Of a DNA stretch of 32,000 nucleotides, positions 25,529 through 32,000 are shown piece by piece. The notes under the pieces were generated by a model. It made no database searches, was not told where the DNA came from, and worked only from the letters and a program-made list of their open reading frames with translations. Position 1 is the stretch's first letter, and every line of letters begins with the position of its first letter. This stretch comes from Acuticoccus sp. (GTDB lineage Bacteria; Pseudomonadota; Alphaproteobacteria; Rhizobiales; Amorphaceae), in NCBI RefSeq assembly GCF_965213555.1, contig NZ_OZ243890.1:3573918-3605917 (forward strand). Reading direction: 5' to 3'. The translations under genes and the position numbers were made by a program.

Positions 25529-28388
25529 CCTTGCTCTGCCGTACGTGGCGGAGGCGCAGGCGCAGAAGCACGCCACGGTAAACGACGCGTTCCGTCGGAT
25601 CGACTCCATCGTCCAGCTCTCGGTGATCGACCGCTCGCGGTCCGACCCGCCGCCGGCTCCCGAGGAGGGTGATCGCCATCTCGTTGCTGCCAACGGGACG
25701 GGCGCCTGGGCCGGGCACGACTTCTGCGTCGCGGTCTTCATCGACGGCGCCTGGGTATTCTTCGTCCCGGTCGAGGGGTGGACTGCGTTCGTGCGCGAGG
25801 AGGCCATCGTTGCCTACTTCAGCGGCGACGCTTGGGAGGTCCTGCGACCGCTCGAGGGGTTCGAGGCAACGGGTCGGCTCGGCATCAACGCCGCCGCGGA
25901 CGCCAGGAACCGGCTCGTCGTGCGCTCCGAGGCGGCGTTGTTCGCGCCCGACAACACGCAGGCCTCACCGACCGGCGACGTCCGCATCATCGCCAACAAG
26001 GACGCGCCGGGGAACGTCGCCTCGCACGTTTTCCAGACCGACTTCTCCGGACGGGCGGAGCTCGGGCTCGTCGGGTCGGACGACTTTTCGCTGAAGGTGT
26101 CGGCGGACGGTAGCGCATTCGCCGAGGCGCTGCGCGTCGACCGCACGAGCGCGCGCGTGGACTTTTCCTCGGTCCCCGCGGTCGGTGGGGTCGAAGCGAT
26201 CGGCTACACGGTCCGAAGTGGATCGGCGCTCGCCTCGATCGCGGTCCCTGCTGGGGTGGCTCGACTGCATACGCGCGGGTTAGCCAGCGAGAATGACGGC
26301 GGTGCTGGAGAGTACGTGCGGGTCGGCTCGCTGCCATCGGACGGTCTCGGCTTTGCCGACGGCGCGGGCGGGTTCTGGGAACTCGCAGGGACGACGGTCA
26401 CTGCGCGCCAGGCCGGAGCCAGGGGCGACGCGGCGACCGATGACACCGCGGCGCTCAACCGCGCCTTTGCCTCCAACCGGACCGTCTTCGTCGAACGGGG
26501 CACCTACCTTGTCACCGACGCGCTGCGCACCGGCGGACCGTTCCAGCGGATCTACGGCGACGGTCGCGGGCGGACGACCCTGCGCGTTCGGCCCTCGTTC
26601 AACCTATCAGCCGCGGGCGTCGTCCACATCGTCCACCCGTTCGTGTCCGTCTCGGACATCGAGATCGACTTCGATCAGTCCGGCGCGACATCGCGGCAGA
26701 CGCTCGTGCGCTATCCGCCGGCGGTGAACCTTGCCGGACAGAGCCGCTGCCGGCTTTCGCGGCTGCGGTTCAAGGCCGCCTGGGACGGCGTCGATGCCAC
26801 CGGCAACACGGGGGGAGCGATCCTCAGCGACATCGAGTCGGGGTCGTTCAACGAAGGCTTTCGCTTCGCCGACGCACGCGACTCCGTCGAGCTCGTGGCG
26901 TGCCGGACGTGGCCCTACGAGTTTGCCGGGGATGCGACGCTGTTCGGCATCTACCAGGATGGCCAGAACGTCGGTTTCCGGTTCGGCCGCGTCGACGATC
27001 TCAAGATGTCGAACTGTACGCCGTTCCGCACCAAGGTGATCTTCGAGGCGACGGACGGAGTGGGCCCGTTCGGCACGGTGACCGGTCTCGCCCTCGATGG
27101 TTCGGGATCCAGCATCCTCTTTGAAGAGGGCGACATCGCGATCACCAGCATGTACTGCACGAGTGCAGCTGCCGACGACACCTTTATCCTGCAGACGGGC
27201 GGCGAACTCGTGCTGTCTGACTTCAGCTTCAGGGTCAACGGAACTGCCAACGTGCCGCTCGTCCTCGTCGATGGTCCGGCTGCCAACTGCCTCGTCTCGA
27301 ATGGCCAGATCGACCTTGCGAACAGCGTCGCGTCCGGCGGCTTCAGGATCAACTCTGGGCAGCTGACGGTCTCCGGCGTGCGGTTCCAAGTGAACCCGAG
27401 CGTCGTCCGCACGCGAGCCCTGATCGAGCAAGCCAACGGCACGTTGTCGGTCTACGGCTGCTCGACCAACAGCGCGACATCCGGATCCGGTGACTTCATT
27501 CGCGTTCGCGTCGACCGCGATCACACGATCTTCGGCAACATGTCGGATGGGTACGACTACGTGTTCCCCGAGGGGCGCGAGCGGGGGCTCTACGGGCCGA
27601 ACCACGACGGCTCGAAGACGCGCTTCGACACCCCGTTATGCGTCGTCGACGGTGCGAATGTCTTGACGCTGGGCCCCACGGAGCTGCGCTTCGCAGGTGG
27701 CCTTGCCTTGTCGCACGGGTTGGCGGACGAAGAGGGTTCTCTCGCGCTCGGTATCGCGGCGCTCGGCGCGGCGACGACGGGCTCGGCGAACACGGCGCTC
27801 GGCACCAACGCTTTGGCTGCCATCAACACCGGGCGGGACAACGTCGCGGTCGGGCACGAGGCGGCGGCGTCGATCACGGGCTCGCACAACACCGCGGTCG
27901 GGCGCGCAGCCCTCGCCGGAGCCCCTGCCAGCGTCCAGAACGCGACGGCGATCGGCTACGCCGCCACCGTCACAGGCAGCAACCAGGTTCAGCTCGGCAA
28001 CAGCGCGACGACGACCTACACCTACGGCGCGGTGCAAATGCGCTCCGACGCCCGCGACAAGGCGGACGTGCGCGATACGACGCTGGGTCTCGACTTCATC
28101 GCGCGGCTTCGGCCCGTCGACTTCCGCTGGGACTACCGCGAGGACTACCGGACCGGAACCGGGACGAGCAAACTCGGAGACCGCAAGCGGCCTCGCTATC
28201 ACCATGGCTTCCTGGCCCAAGAGGTCGCCGAAGTCATGCATGAGCTCGGCACCGACTTCGGCGGCTACCAGGACCACGCCCGCTCCGGCGGCCAGGACGT
28301 GGTGTCGCTCGGTTACACCGAGCTCATCGGACCCATGGTGAAGGCCATCCAGGACCTTCTCGCGCGGATCGAGCGCCTCGAGCGCTAG
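25512..28388 (+). CDS. tail fibre/tailspike: DUF2793-like N-terminus, pectate-lyase-type beta-helix, YadA-like repeats and a C-terminal S74 intramolecular chaperone
   Basis: The 958-aa ORF overlaps g15 by 17 nt.
- N-terminus: LALPYVAEAQAQKHATVNDAFRRIDSIVQLSV ... GDRHLVA ... GHDFCVAVFIDGAWVFF.
- Beta-helix signature: ARQAGARGDAATDDTAALNRAF.
- Repeats: SANTALGTNALAAI / DNVAVGHEAAASI / HNTAVGRAALAGA / QNATAIGYAATV.
- C-terminal S74 signature: SDARDKADVRDTTLGLDFIARLRPVDFRW ... HHGFLAQEV ... LGYTELIGPMVKAIQDL. Confidence 0.85.
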   Translation: MSNSRNLALPYVAEAQAQKHATVNDAFRRIDSIVQLSVIDRSRSDPPPAPEEGDRHLVAANGTGAWAGHDFCVAVFIDGAWVFFVPVEGWTAFVREEAIVAYFSGDAWEVLRPLEGFEATGRLGINAAADARNRLVVRSEAALFAPDNTQASPTGDVRIIANKDAPGNVASHVFQTDFSGRAELGLVGSDDFSLKVSADGSAFAEALRVDRTSARVDFSSVPAVGGVEAIGYTVRSGSALASIAVPAGVARLHTRGLASENDGGAGEYVRVGSLPSDGLGFADGAGGFWELAGTTVTARQAGARGDAATDDTAALNRAFASNRTVFVERGTYLVTDALRTGGPFQRIYGDGRGRTTLRVRPSFNLSAAGVVHIVHPFVSVSDIEIDFDQSGATSRQTLVRYPPAVNLAGQSRCRLSRLRFKAAWDGVDATGNTGGAILSDIESGSFNEGFRFADARDSVELVACRTWPYEFAGDATLFGIYQDGQNVGFRFGRVDDLKMSNCTPFRTKVIFEATDGVGPFGTVTGLALDGSGSSILFEEGDIAITSMYCTSAAADDTFILQTGGELVLSDFSFRVNGTANVPLVLVDGPAANCLVSNGQIDLANSVASGGFRINSGQLTVSGVRFQVNPSVVRTRALIEQANGTLSVYGCSTNSATSGSGDFIRVRVDRDHTIFGNMSDGYDYVFPEGRERGLYGPNHDGSKTRFDTPLCVVDGANVLTLGPTELRFAGGLALSHGLADEEGSLALGIAALGAATTGSANTALGTNALAAINTGRDNVAVGHEAAASITGSHNTAVGRAALAGAPASVQNATAIGYAATVTGSNQVQLGNSATTTYTYGAVQMRSDARDKADVRDTTLGLDFIARLRPVDFRWDYREDYRTGTGTSKLGDRKRPRYHHGFLAQEVAEVMHELGTDFGGYQDHARSGGQDVVSLGYTELIGPMVKAIQDLLARIERLER

Positions 28389-28416
28389 CCGCACCGCGAC
28401 TGACTGACCGACCCGT

Positions 28417-28447
28417 AGGCCGTCCTTTCGGGCGGCCTTTTGTTTTT
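28417..28447 (+). terminator. intrinsic terminator after the fibre gene
   Basis: AGGCCGTCC (28417-28425), loop TTTC, GGGCGGCCT (28430-28438) with one G-U pair, then TTTGTTTTT up to 28447. Confidence 0.7.
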
Positions 28448-28466
28448 CCCCGTTGGAGCGCCCACG

Positions 28467-29417
28467 ATGCACGATCGTGTCCCTTGGCTCGAATACCTCA
28501 CCAACCACATCGGACTGAAGGAAGTCCCCGGGGCGCAGCACAACCCATTGATCGTCGAGTGGGGCAAGCTCGCCGGCATTGCCTGGTGGAACAACGACGA
28601 GGACGCCTGGTGCGCCGTCGCAGTCAACGGCGCGCTGGTGCACTGCGGGTATCCCTCGACGCGTTCGGCGCTCGCACGGTCCTTCACGAGCTACGGCACG
28701 CCGCTCGCTCGTCCGGTCCGCGGCGCCATCGTCGTCTTTCCCCGCGGCTCGAACACGCTCTTCGGGCACGTCGGCATCGTGGAGAGCGTCCAGTCCGACG
28801 GCACACTGACGGTGATCAACGGAAACGTCGGTAATGCCGTCCGCCGATCGGTGTTCCGCACCGCTTCGATCCTTCCCGACGGCATCCGTTGGCCGCCCGG
28901 CGCGGTGCCTCCTGCGCGTGGCATGCCGCAGGAGCCGGAACAGCAGCTCGGGCAGCGCTCGCTTCGGCTGGGGTCGCGTGGCTCCGACGTCGAGGCGTTG
29001 CAGCGTGACATGAACGTCCTCGGGTACCAGCTCGACGTCGATGGCGAGTTCGGCGGCCGCACCCGCGACGCGGTGAGCCGCTTCGAGGCCCGGCGGGGCC
29101 TGGAAAGCGACGGCGTTGCCGACCCGGCGATGCTGGCGGCACTGACCGCAGCGGTTGAGGCGCGGCGAACCCGTGAGGCGCGCCGCGAGACCGCGCAGAA
29201 GGCAGCCGCGCCAATCGCAGGCGCCGGAGCTGCGGTCACAATCGGCGCGACGGTGACCACGAGCGTCGAGATTGCGAAGGAGGTCCGCTCGCTCAACGAC
29301 GGCACCGTCGTCGGCGCGACGCTTGTGGTGCTCGCGATCGTCGGCGTGCTCGGCTTCCTGCTGTGGCGCTTCGCGATCCGACGTGCCGAGGGTCCGATGG
29401 CGGAGGACATGGTGTGA
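28467..29417 (+). CDS. CHAP/NlpC-P60-like (TIGR02594-type) peptidoglycan hydrolase with a PG_binding_1 domain and a C-terminal membrane segment or segments
   Basis: This is track ORF 28440..29417, trimmed to the ATG at 28467 behind GGAG. The catalytic-looking triad is DEDAWCAVAVN (Cys), LFGHVGIV (His) and INGNVGN. The PG-binding domain is LRLGSRGSDVEALQRDMNVLGYQLDVDGEFGGRTRDAVSRFEARRGLESDGVADP. The C-terminus has AAAPIAGAGAAVTIGATVTTSV, then TVVGATLVVLAIVGVLGFLLWRFAI, then the charged tail RRAEGPMAEDMV. Confidence 0.8.
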   Translation: MHDRVPWLEYLTNHIGLKEVPGAQHNPLIVEWGKLAGIAWWNNDEDAWCAVAVNGALVHCGYPSTRSALARSFTSYGTPLARPVRGAIVVFPRGSNTLFGHVGIVESVQSDGTLTVINGNVGNAVRRSVFRTASILPDGIRWPPGAVPPARGMPQEPEQQLGQRSLRLGSRGSDVEALQRDMNVLGYQLDVDGEFGGRTRDAVSRFEARRGLESDGVADPAMLAALTAAVEARRTREARRETAQKAAAPIAGAGAAVTIGATVTTSVEIAKEVRSLNDGTVVGATLVVLAIVGVLGFLLWRFAIRRAEGPMAEDMV

Positions 29418-29704
29418 TCGTGCTTGGAAGGATCGCCGGGGCGCTCGGCTGGCACGGCATGGTCGGCCTTGCCGTCGGCGCCGTCCTCGTCGCAGCGCCT
29501 GCCTACCACGCAGGCAAGTGGACCGAACACGCCGCCTGGGAAGAGCGCTTAGAGCGCGTCCTCGCCGAGCGCCACGCTCAGTTGATGGAGAAGGAGAATG
29601 AGCGCATTGATAGAGCGCTGCGTGCGCGCCGCGCGGCTGATCGCGAGCCTGACGGTGTGCTCGGCGATGGCGGCGTGCCAGACGACGGGTTCCGCCGGGA
29701 CTGA
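29414..29704 (+). CDS. candidate i-spanin (Rz-like): N-terminal TM plus a charged coiled-coil
   Basis: This uses the frame of track ORF 29363..29704. The GTG at 29414 overlaps the hydrolase stop (GTGTGA); the GTG at 29420 is an alternative start. The TM segment is GMVGLAVGAVLVAAPAY. A helical charged stretch follows: WEERLERVLAERHAQLMEKENERIDRALRARRAADRE. Confidence 0.45.
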   Translation: MIVLGRIAGALGWHGMVGLAVGAVLVAAPAYHAGKWTEHAAWEERLERVLAERHAQLMEKENERIDRALRARRAADREPDGVLGDGGVPDDGFRRD

Positions 29705-29834
29705 CGTGTCGTGCCGGGCGTTCGGACCGATCCACTGGTCCGTCGACGACACCGCCGAGACGGCGCGGCAGGTCCGAGGGCACAACGCCGCTTGGGGTGC
29801 GTTGTGCGATGGTGCGGGGCATCGCCTGCGCTAG
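29598..29834 (+). CDS. candidate o-spanin (Rz1/LysC-like small lipoprotein)
   Basis: The 78-aa ORF starts inside the previous gene, in the +1 frame, with a 107-nt overlap, and extends beyond it. GGAG lies 7 nt upstream of the ATG. It has a lipoprotein-like signal (MSALIERCVRAARLIASLTVCSAMAAC) with a possible lipobox A-M-A-A-C. The mature part would be about 51 aa with two further Cys. Confidence 0.45.
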   Translation: MSALIERCVRAARLIASLTVCSAMAACQTTGSAGTDVSCRAFGPIHWSVDDTAETARQVRGHNAAWGALCDGAGHRLR

Positions 29835-29897
29835 CAGCACGATGGCTGCCGGTAACATTCATCCGTCGTACACGAGGCTCGGGCTACCGTTCCATCC

Positions 29898-30191
29898 ATG
29901 CGATCCTCAAGTGTTGTTTTGGCCCTCGTGCTGGCGCTCGCCATGCCGATGCTCGTCGCTGACGGCGTGGCGCAGGGCGGTTGCCTTTCGGCCGCCGAGC
30001 AGCGAAGCGCCGTGCGTGCGGGGGAGGCAGTCCGCCCCGGCAGCATAGGTCGTCGCCTCGGAGGCGAGGTGCTGCGCCTCAACCTATGTCGGCAGGGTGG
30101 CGGGCTTGCCTGGCGCGTGACCGTCCTGCAGGGAGATGGAAGGGTCGTCGATCGCGTGCTGGACGCACGCAGTGGCGAGCCCTTGCGCTGA
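29898..30191 (+). CDS. PepSY domain protein (secreted)
   Basis: The 97-aa ORF has a signal peptide (MRSSSVVLALVLALAMPMLVADG). CLSAAEQRSAVRAGEAV ... LAWRVTVLQGDGRVVDRVLDARSGE is a typical PepSY pattern. It lies directly upstream of a two-component pair. Confidence 0.7.
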   Translation: MRSSSVVLALVLALAMPMLVADGVAQGGCLSAAEQRSAVRAGEAVRPGSIGRRLGGEVLRLNLCRQGGGLAWRVTVLQGDGRVVDRVLDARSGEPLR

Positions 30192-30209
30192 GGGGTGGAG
30201 GGGATCGCG

Positions 30210-30881
30210 ATGCGCCTCCTGGTCGTTGAGGACGACAAGGACCTCAACAGGCAACTGTGCGCAGGTCTACGAAGCGCGGGGTACGCGGTCGACACGGCGT
30301 TCGACGGTGAGGAGGGGCACTTCCTCGGAGACACCGAGCCTTACGACGTGGTCATCCTCGACCTGGGACTTCCTGAGCTTGATGGGATCTCCGTTCTCGA
30401 GCGCTGGCGCAAGAACGAGCGGATGATGCCGGTCCTCGTGCTGACCGCGCGCGACCGGTGGAGCGACAAGGTTTCCGGCATCGATGCTGGAGCGGACGAT
30501 TACGTCACCAAGCCGTTCCACATGGAAGAAGTGCTCGCGAGGGTTCGTGCGCTGATCCGGCGCGCAGCCGGCAATGCCTCCAACGACTATGTGCTGGGTC
30601 CTGTCCACCTCGATGCTCGCGCGAGCCGTGTGACCGTCGACGGCGCCGCCGTGAAGCTCACCTCTCACGAGTACCGCGTCCTCGCCTACCTGATGCTGCA
30701 TCAGGGTCGGATCGTGTCGCGCACGGAGCTGACCGAGCATCTCTACGATCAGGACTTCGATCGCGACTCGAACACGATCGAGGTCTTCATCGGCAGGCTT
30801 CGCAAGAAGCTCGACGCTGAGATCATCGAGACGGTGCGCGGCCTAGGGTACCGCGCTGTCCCCCCAGGCGATGCGACTTAG
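30210..30881 (+). CDS. OmpR/PhoB-family response regulator
   Basis: This is track ORF 30195..30881, trimmed to the ATG at 30210 (MRLLVVEDDKDL). The receiver motifs are DVVILDLGLPELDG and TARD ... DDYVTKPF. The winged-helix motif is LTSHEYRVLAYLM ... IEVFIGRLRKKL ... IETVRGLGYR. Confidence 0.9.
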   Translation: MRLLVVEDDKDLNRQLCAGLRSAGYAVDTAFDGEEGHFLGDTEPYDVVILDLGLPELDGISVLERWRKNERMMPVLVLTARDRWSDKVSGIDAGADDYVTKPFHMEEVLARVRALIRRAAGNASNDYVLGPVHLDARASRVTVDGAAVKLTSHEYRVLAYLMLHQGRIVSRTELTEHLYDQDFDRDSNTIEVFIGRLRKKLDAEIIETVRGLGYRAVPPGDAT

Positions 30882-32000
30882 GTCGATCTCCGCGAGGGTC
30901 CTTTTGACGTCCCTCGCATGGAGTGTCTTCGCGCTCGCGGCTACCGGGATCGTCCTCGTGTCAGCCTTCCGCGAGAGCGTCGAAGAGCGCTTCGATGACA
31001 CGCTCGCCGTCTACCTCTCCATGCTGATCGGTCAGCTCGCTGAGGAACAGGACGAACGTTTTGGCGGCATCCCTCCGGACCTTGGAGAGCCGCGCTTCGT
31101 CCTGCCCCTGTCCGGCTGGTACTGGATCGTCGTCGATGCGGGGACCGGGGAGGTGACGCAAAGCTCCGAATCCCTTGCGGGCGACGTCTTCGCGATCCCC
31201 CAATCGCTGGCGCAAACACGCACGAGCCTCGTGATGCAGGCCTACGCGGAGGGTCCGACCGGCGATCCCCTGCGCCTGGTTGCACGTCGTGTCGCGTTCG
31301 CCGACGGCGGTTGGTACCTCGTCGCCGTCAGCGGCGCCGCCTCGACCATCCAGGATGACATCGCCGCCTTCACGAGGCGCCTTGCGCTCTACCTTAGCCT
31401 GTTCGCGGCCGTGCTGCTCGCAATGACTTTCGTGCAGTGGCGCATCAGCCTGCGGCCGCTCACCAAGCTCGGGGAGGAGCTGCAGGCGGTGCGAGAGGGG
31501 CGGGTGGCTCACGTCAGCAGCGATCTGCCAGCCGAGATTGCTCCGGTCGCCGAGGCCCTCAACACGCTCATCGCGTCGAACCGAGCGACCTTGGAGCGCG
31601 CTCGCCAGCACGTCGGCAACCTCGCCCATGCGCTCAAGACACCGCTGTCGGTCCTCACCAACGACGCCGGTCGGGGCGAGGAGCCGCTGGCACGCTCGGT
31701 ACGCGAGCAGGTTCAGACAATGCAGCGGCAGGTGCGCTACTACCTCGAGCGTGCTCAGATGGCTGCGCAGGACCGCCTCATCGGGACTGCGACGGACGTC
31801 AGTCCGGTCCTAACTAGGCTGCACCGGGCCATGTCCCGCCTCGGTCAGGCCCGAGGCGTCGAGGTCGAGCTCAGCCTCCTCGAGGCCGTCCGCTTCGCCG
31901 GCGAGCAGCAGGACCTTGAGGAAATTGTCGGCAACCTCGTGGACAACGGCCTTAAGTGGGCTCGCTCGAGGATCGCCATCGAGGTGACGCCGAGCGAGGA
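30871..32000 (+). CDS. sensor histidine kinase (PhoQ/EnvZ-like), 3' end outside the window
   Basis: It is absent from the ORF track because it has no stop in the window. My translation from the ATG at 30871, which overlaps the regulator stop by 11 nt, reads MRLRSISARVLLTSLAWSVFALAATGIVLVSAF ... The second TM is LALYLSLFAAVLLAMTFVQW. A HAMP-like RISLRPLTKLGEELQAVREG follows, then the H-box HVGNLAHALKTPLSVL and the N-box IVGNLVDNGLKWA. Confidence 0.85.
   Translation, partial: MRLRSISARVLLTSLAWSVFALAATGIVLVSAFRESVEERFDDTLAVYLSMLIGQLAEEQDERFGGIPPDLGEPRFVLPLSGWYWIVVDAGTGEVTQSSESLAGDVFAIPQSLAQTRTSLVMQAYAEGPTGDPLRLVARRVAFADGGWYLVAVSGAASTIQDDIAAFTRRLALYLSLFAAVLLAMTFVQWRISLRPLTKLGEELQAVREGRVAHVSSDLPAEIAPVAEALNTLIASNRATLERARQHVGNLAHALKTPLSVLTNDAGRGEEPLARSVREQVQTMQRQVRYYLERAQMAAQDRLIGTATDVSPVLTRLHRAMSRLGQARGVEVELSLLEAVRFAGEQQDLEEIVGNLVDNGLKWARSRIAIEVTPSE

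Larger units (their letters stand above)
11757..29834 (+). other. RcGTA-type gene transfer agent locus: head-tail cluster g1-g15, then a tail fibre/tailspike gene and a putative lysis module
   Basis: The gene order is small terminase-like, TerL, portal, micro-ORFs, prohead protease, HK97 capsid, adaptor, head closure, tail terminator, major tail, two chaperones, short tape measure, DUF2460, DUF2163, NlpC/P60 and the about 1300-aa g15. This is the diagnostic alphaproteobacterial GTA order. There is no integrase, repressor, replication gene or tRNA/att feature, and housekeeping genes flank it on both sides. Confidence 0.85.

Noticed and set aside
29202-29417. A separate small holin gene hidden in or near the 3' end of the hydrolase gene.
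   Set aside because: I found no independent ORF with a plausible start and Shine-Dalgarno in this stretch. The hydrophobic segments are in frame with, and continuous with, the hydrolase ORF. The other-frame ORFs here (29272..29601+, 28691..29530-) are Arg/Ser-rich artefacts.
11757-29834. Interpreting the phage-like region as an intact or defective temperate prophage.
   Set aside because: The region has no integrase, excisionase, repressor, anti-repressor, replication or DNA-modification genes, and no flanking tRNA or evident direct repeats. The tape measure is only 191 aa, and the g12-g15 module is GTA-specific. The region fits the GTA pattern, although the attached fibre and lysis genes are more phage-like than in RcGTA.
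1-32000. CRISPR arrays, IS elements, rRNA or tRNA genes, and large direct or inverted repeats.
   Set aside because: Reading through the window, I saw no periodic repeat-spacer structure, transposase-like ORF or tRNA-like cloverleaf region. This was a visual scan only. A repeat finder and tRNAscan-type search would be needed to exclude them formally.

Overview
This is a very GC-rich, GC3-saturated segment that looks like alphaproteobacterial chromosome. By eye it has no rRNA, tRNA, CRISPR array, IS element or integrase.

**Left third (1-11573): ordinary chromosomal genes.**
- A partial gene resembling the methylmalonyl-CoA mutase beta subunit.
- An M20 dipeptidase and an HdeD/DUF308 membrane protein.
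- The three-gene NAGGN osmoprotectant cluster (asnO, ngg, M42 peptidase).
- RNase D, xanthine-guanine phosphoribosyltransferase and a secreted hypothetical protein.
- A peptidoglycan-binding protein, a DUF1491 protein and YcgN.

**Centre (11757-25528): a complete RcGTA-type gene transfer agent (GTA) head-tail cluster.** It runs g1 to g15 in the standard order. Nearly every gene junction is a 1- or 4-nt start/stop overlap.

**Extension to the right, the part I consider most worth follow-up.**
1. A 958-aa composite receptor-binding protein overlaps g15. It combines a DUF2793-like N-terminus, a pectate-lyase-type beta-helix, YadA-like repeats and an S74 self-cleaving chaperone domain.
2. An intrinsic terminator follows it.
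3. A putative lysis module starts 20 nt after that terminator. It has a CHAP/TIGR02594-type hydrolase with a PG-binding domain and a holin-like C-terminal membrane tail. After it comes an overlapped pair resembling an i-spanin and an o-spanin.

**Terminator-like hairpins.** They sit in every sizeable non-coding gap of the cluster: the leader, terL/portal, after the capsid gene and after the fibre gene. This fits control by processive anti-termination.

**Right flank:** a PepSY protein, an OmpR-family response regulator and a sensor kinase that runs off the window.

All family assignments come from motif recognition in the translations. No database search was run.
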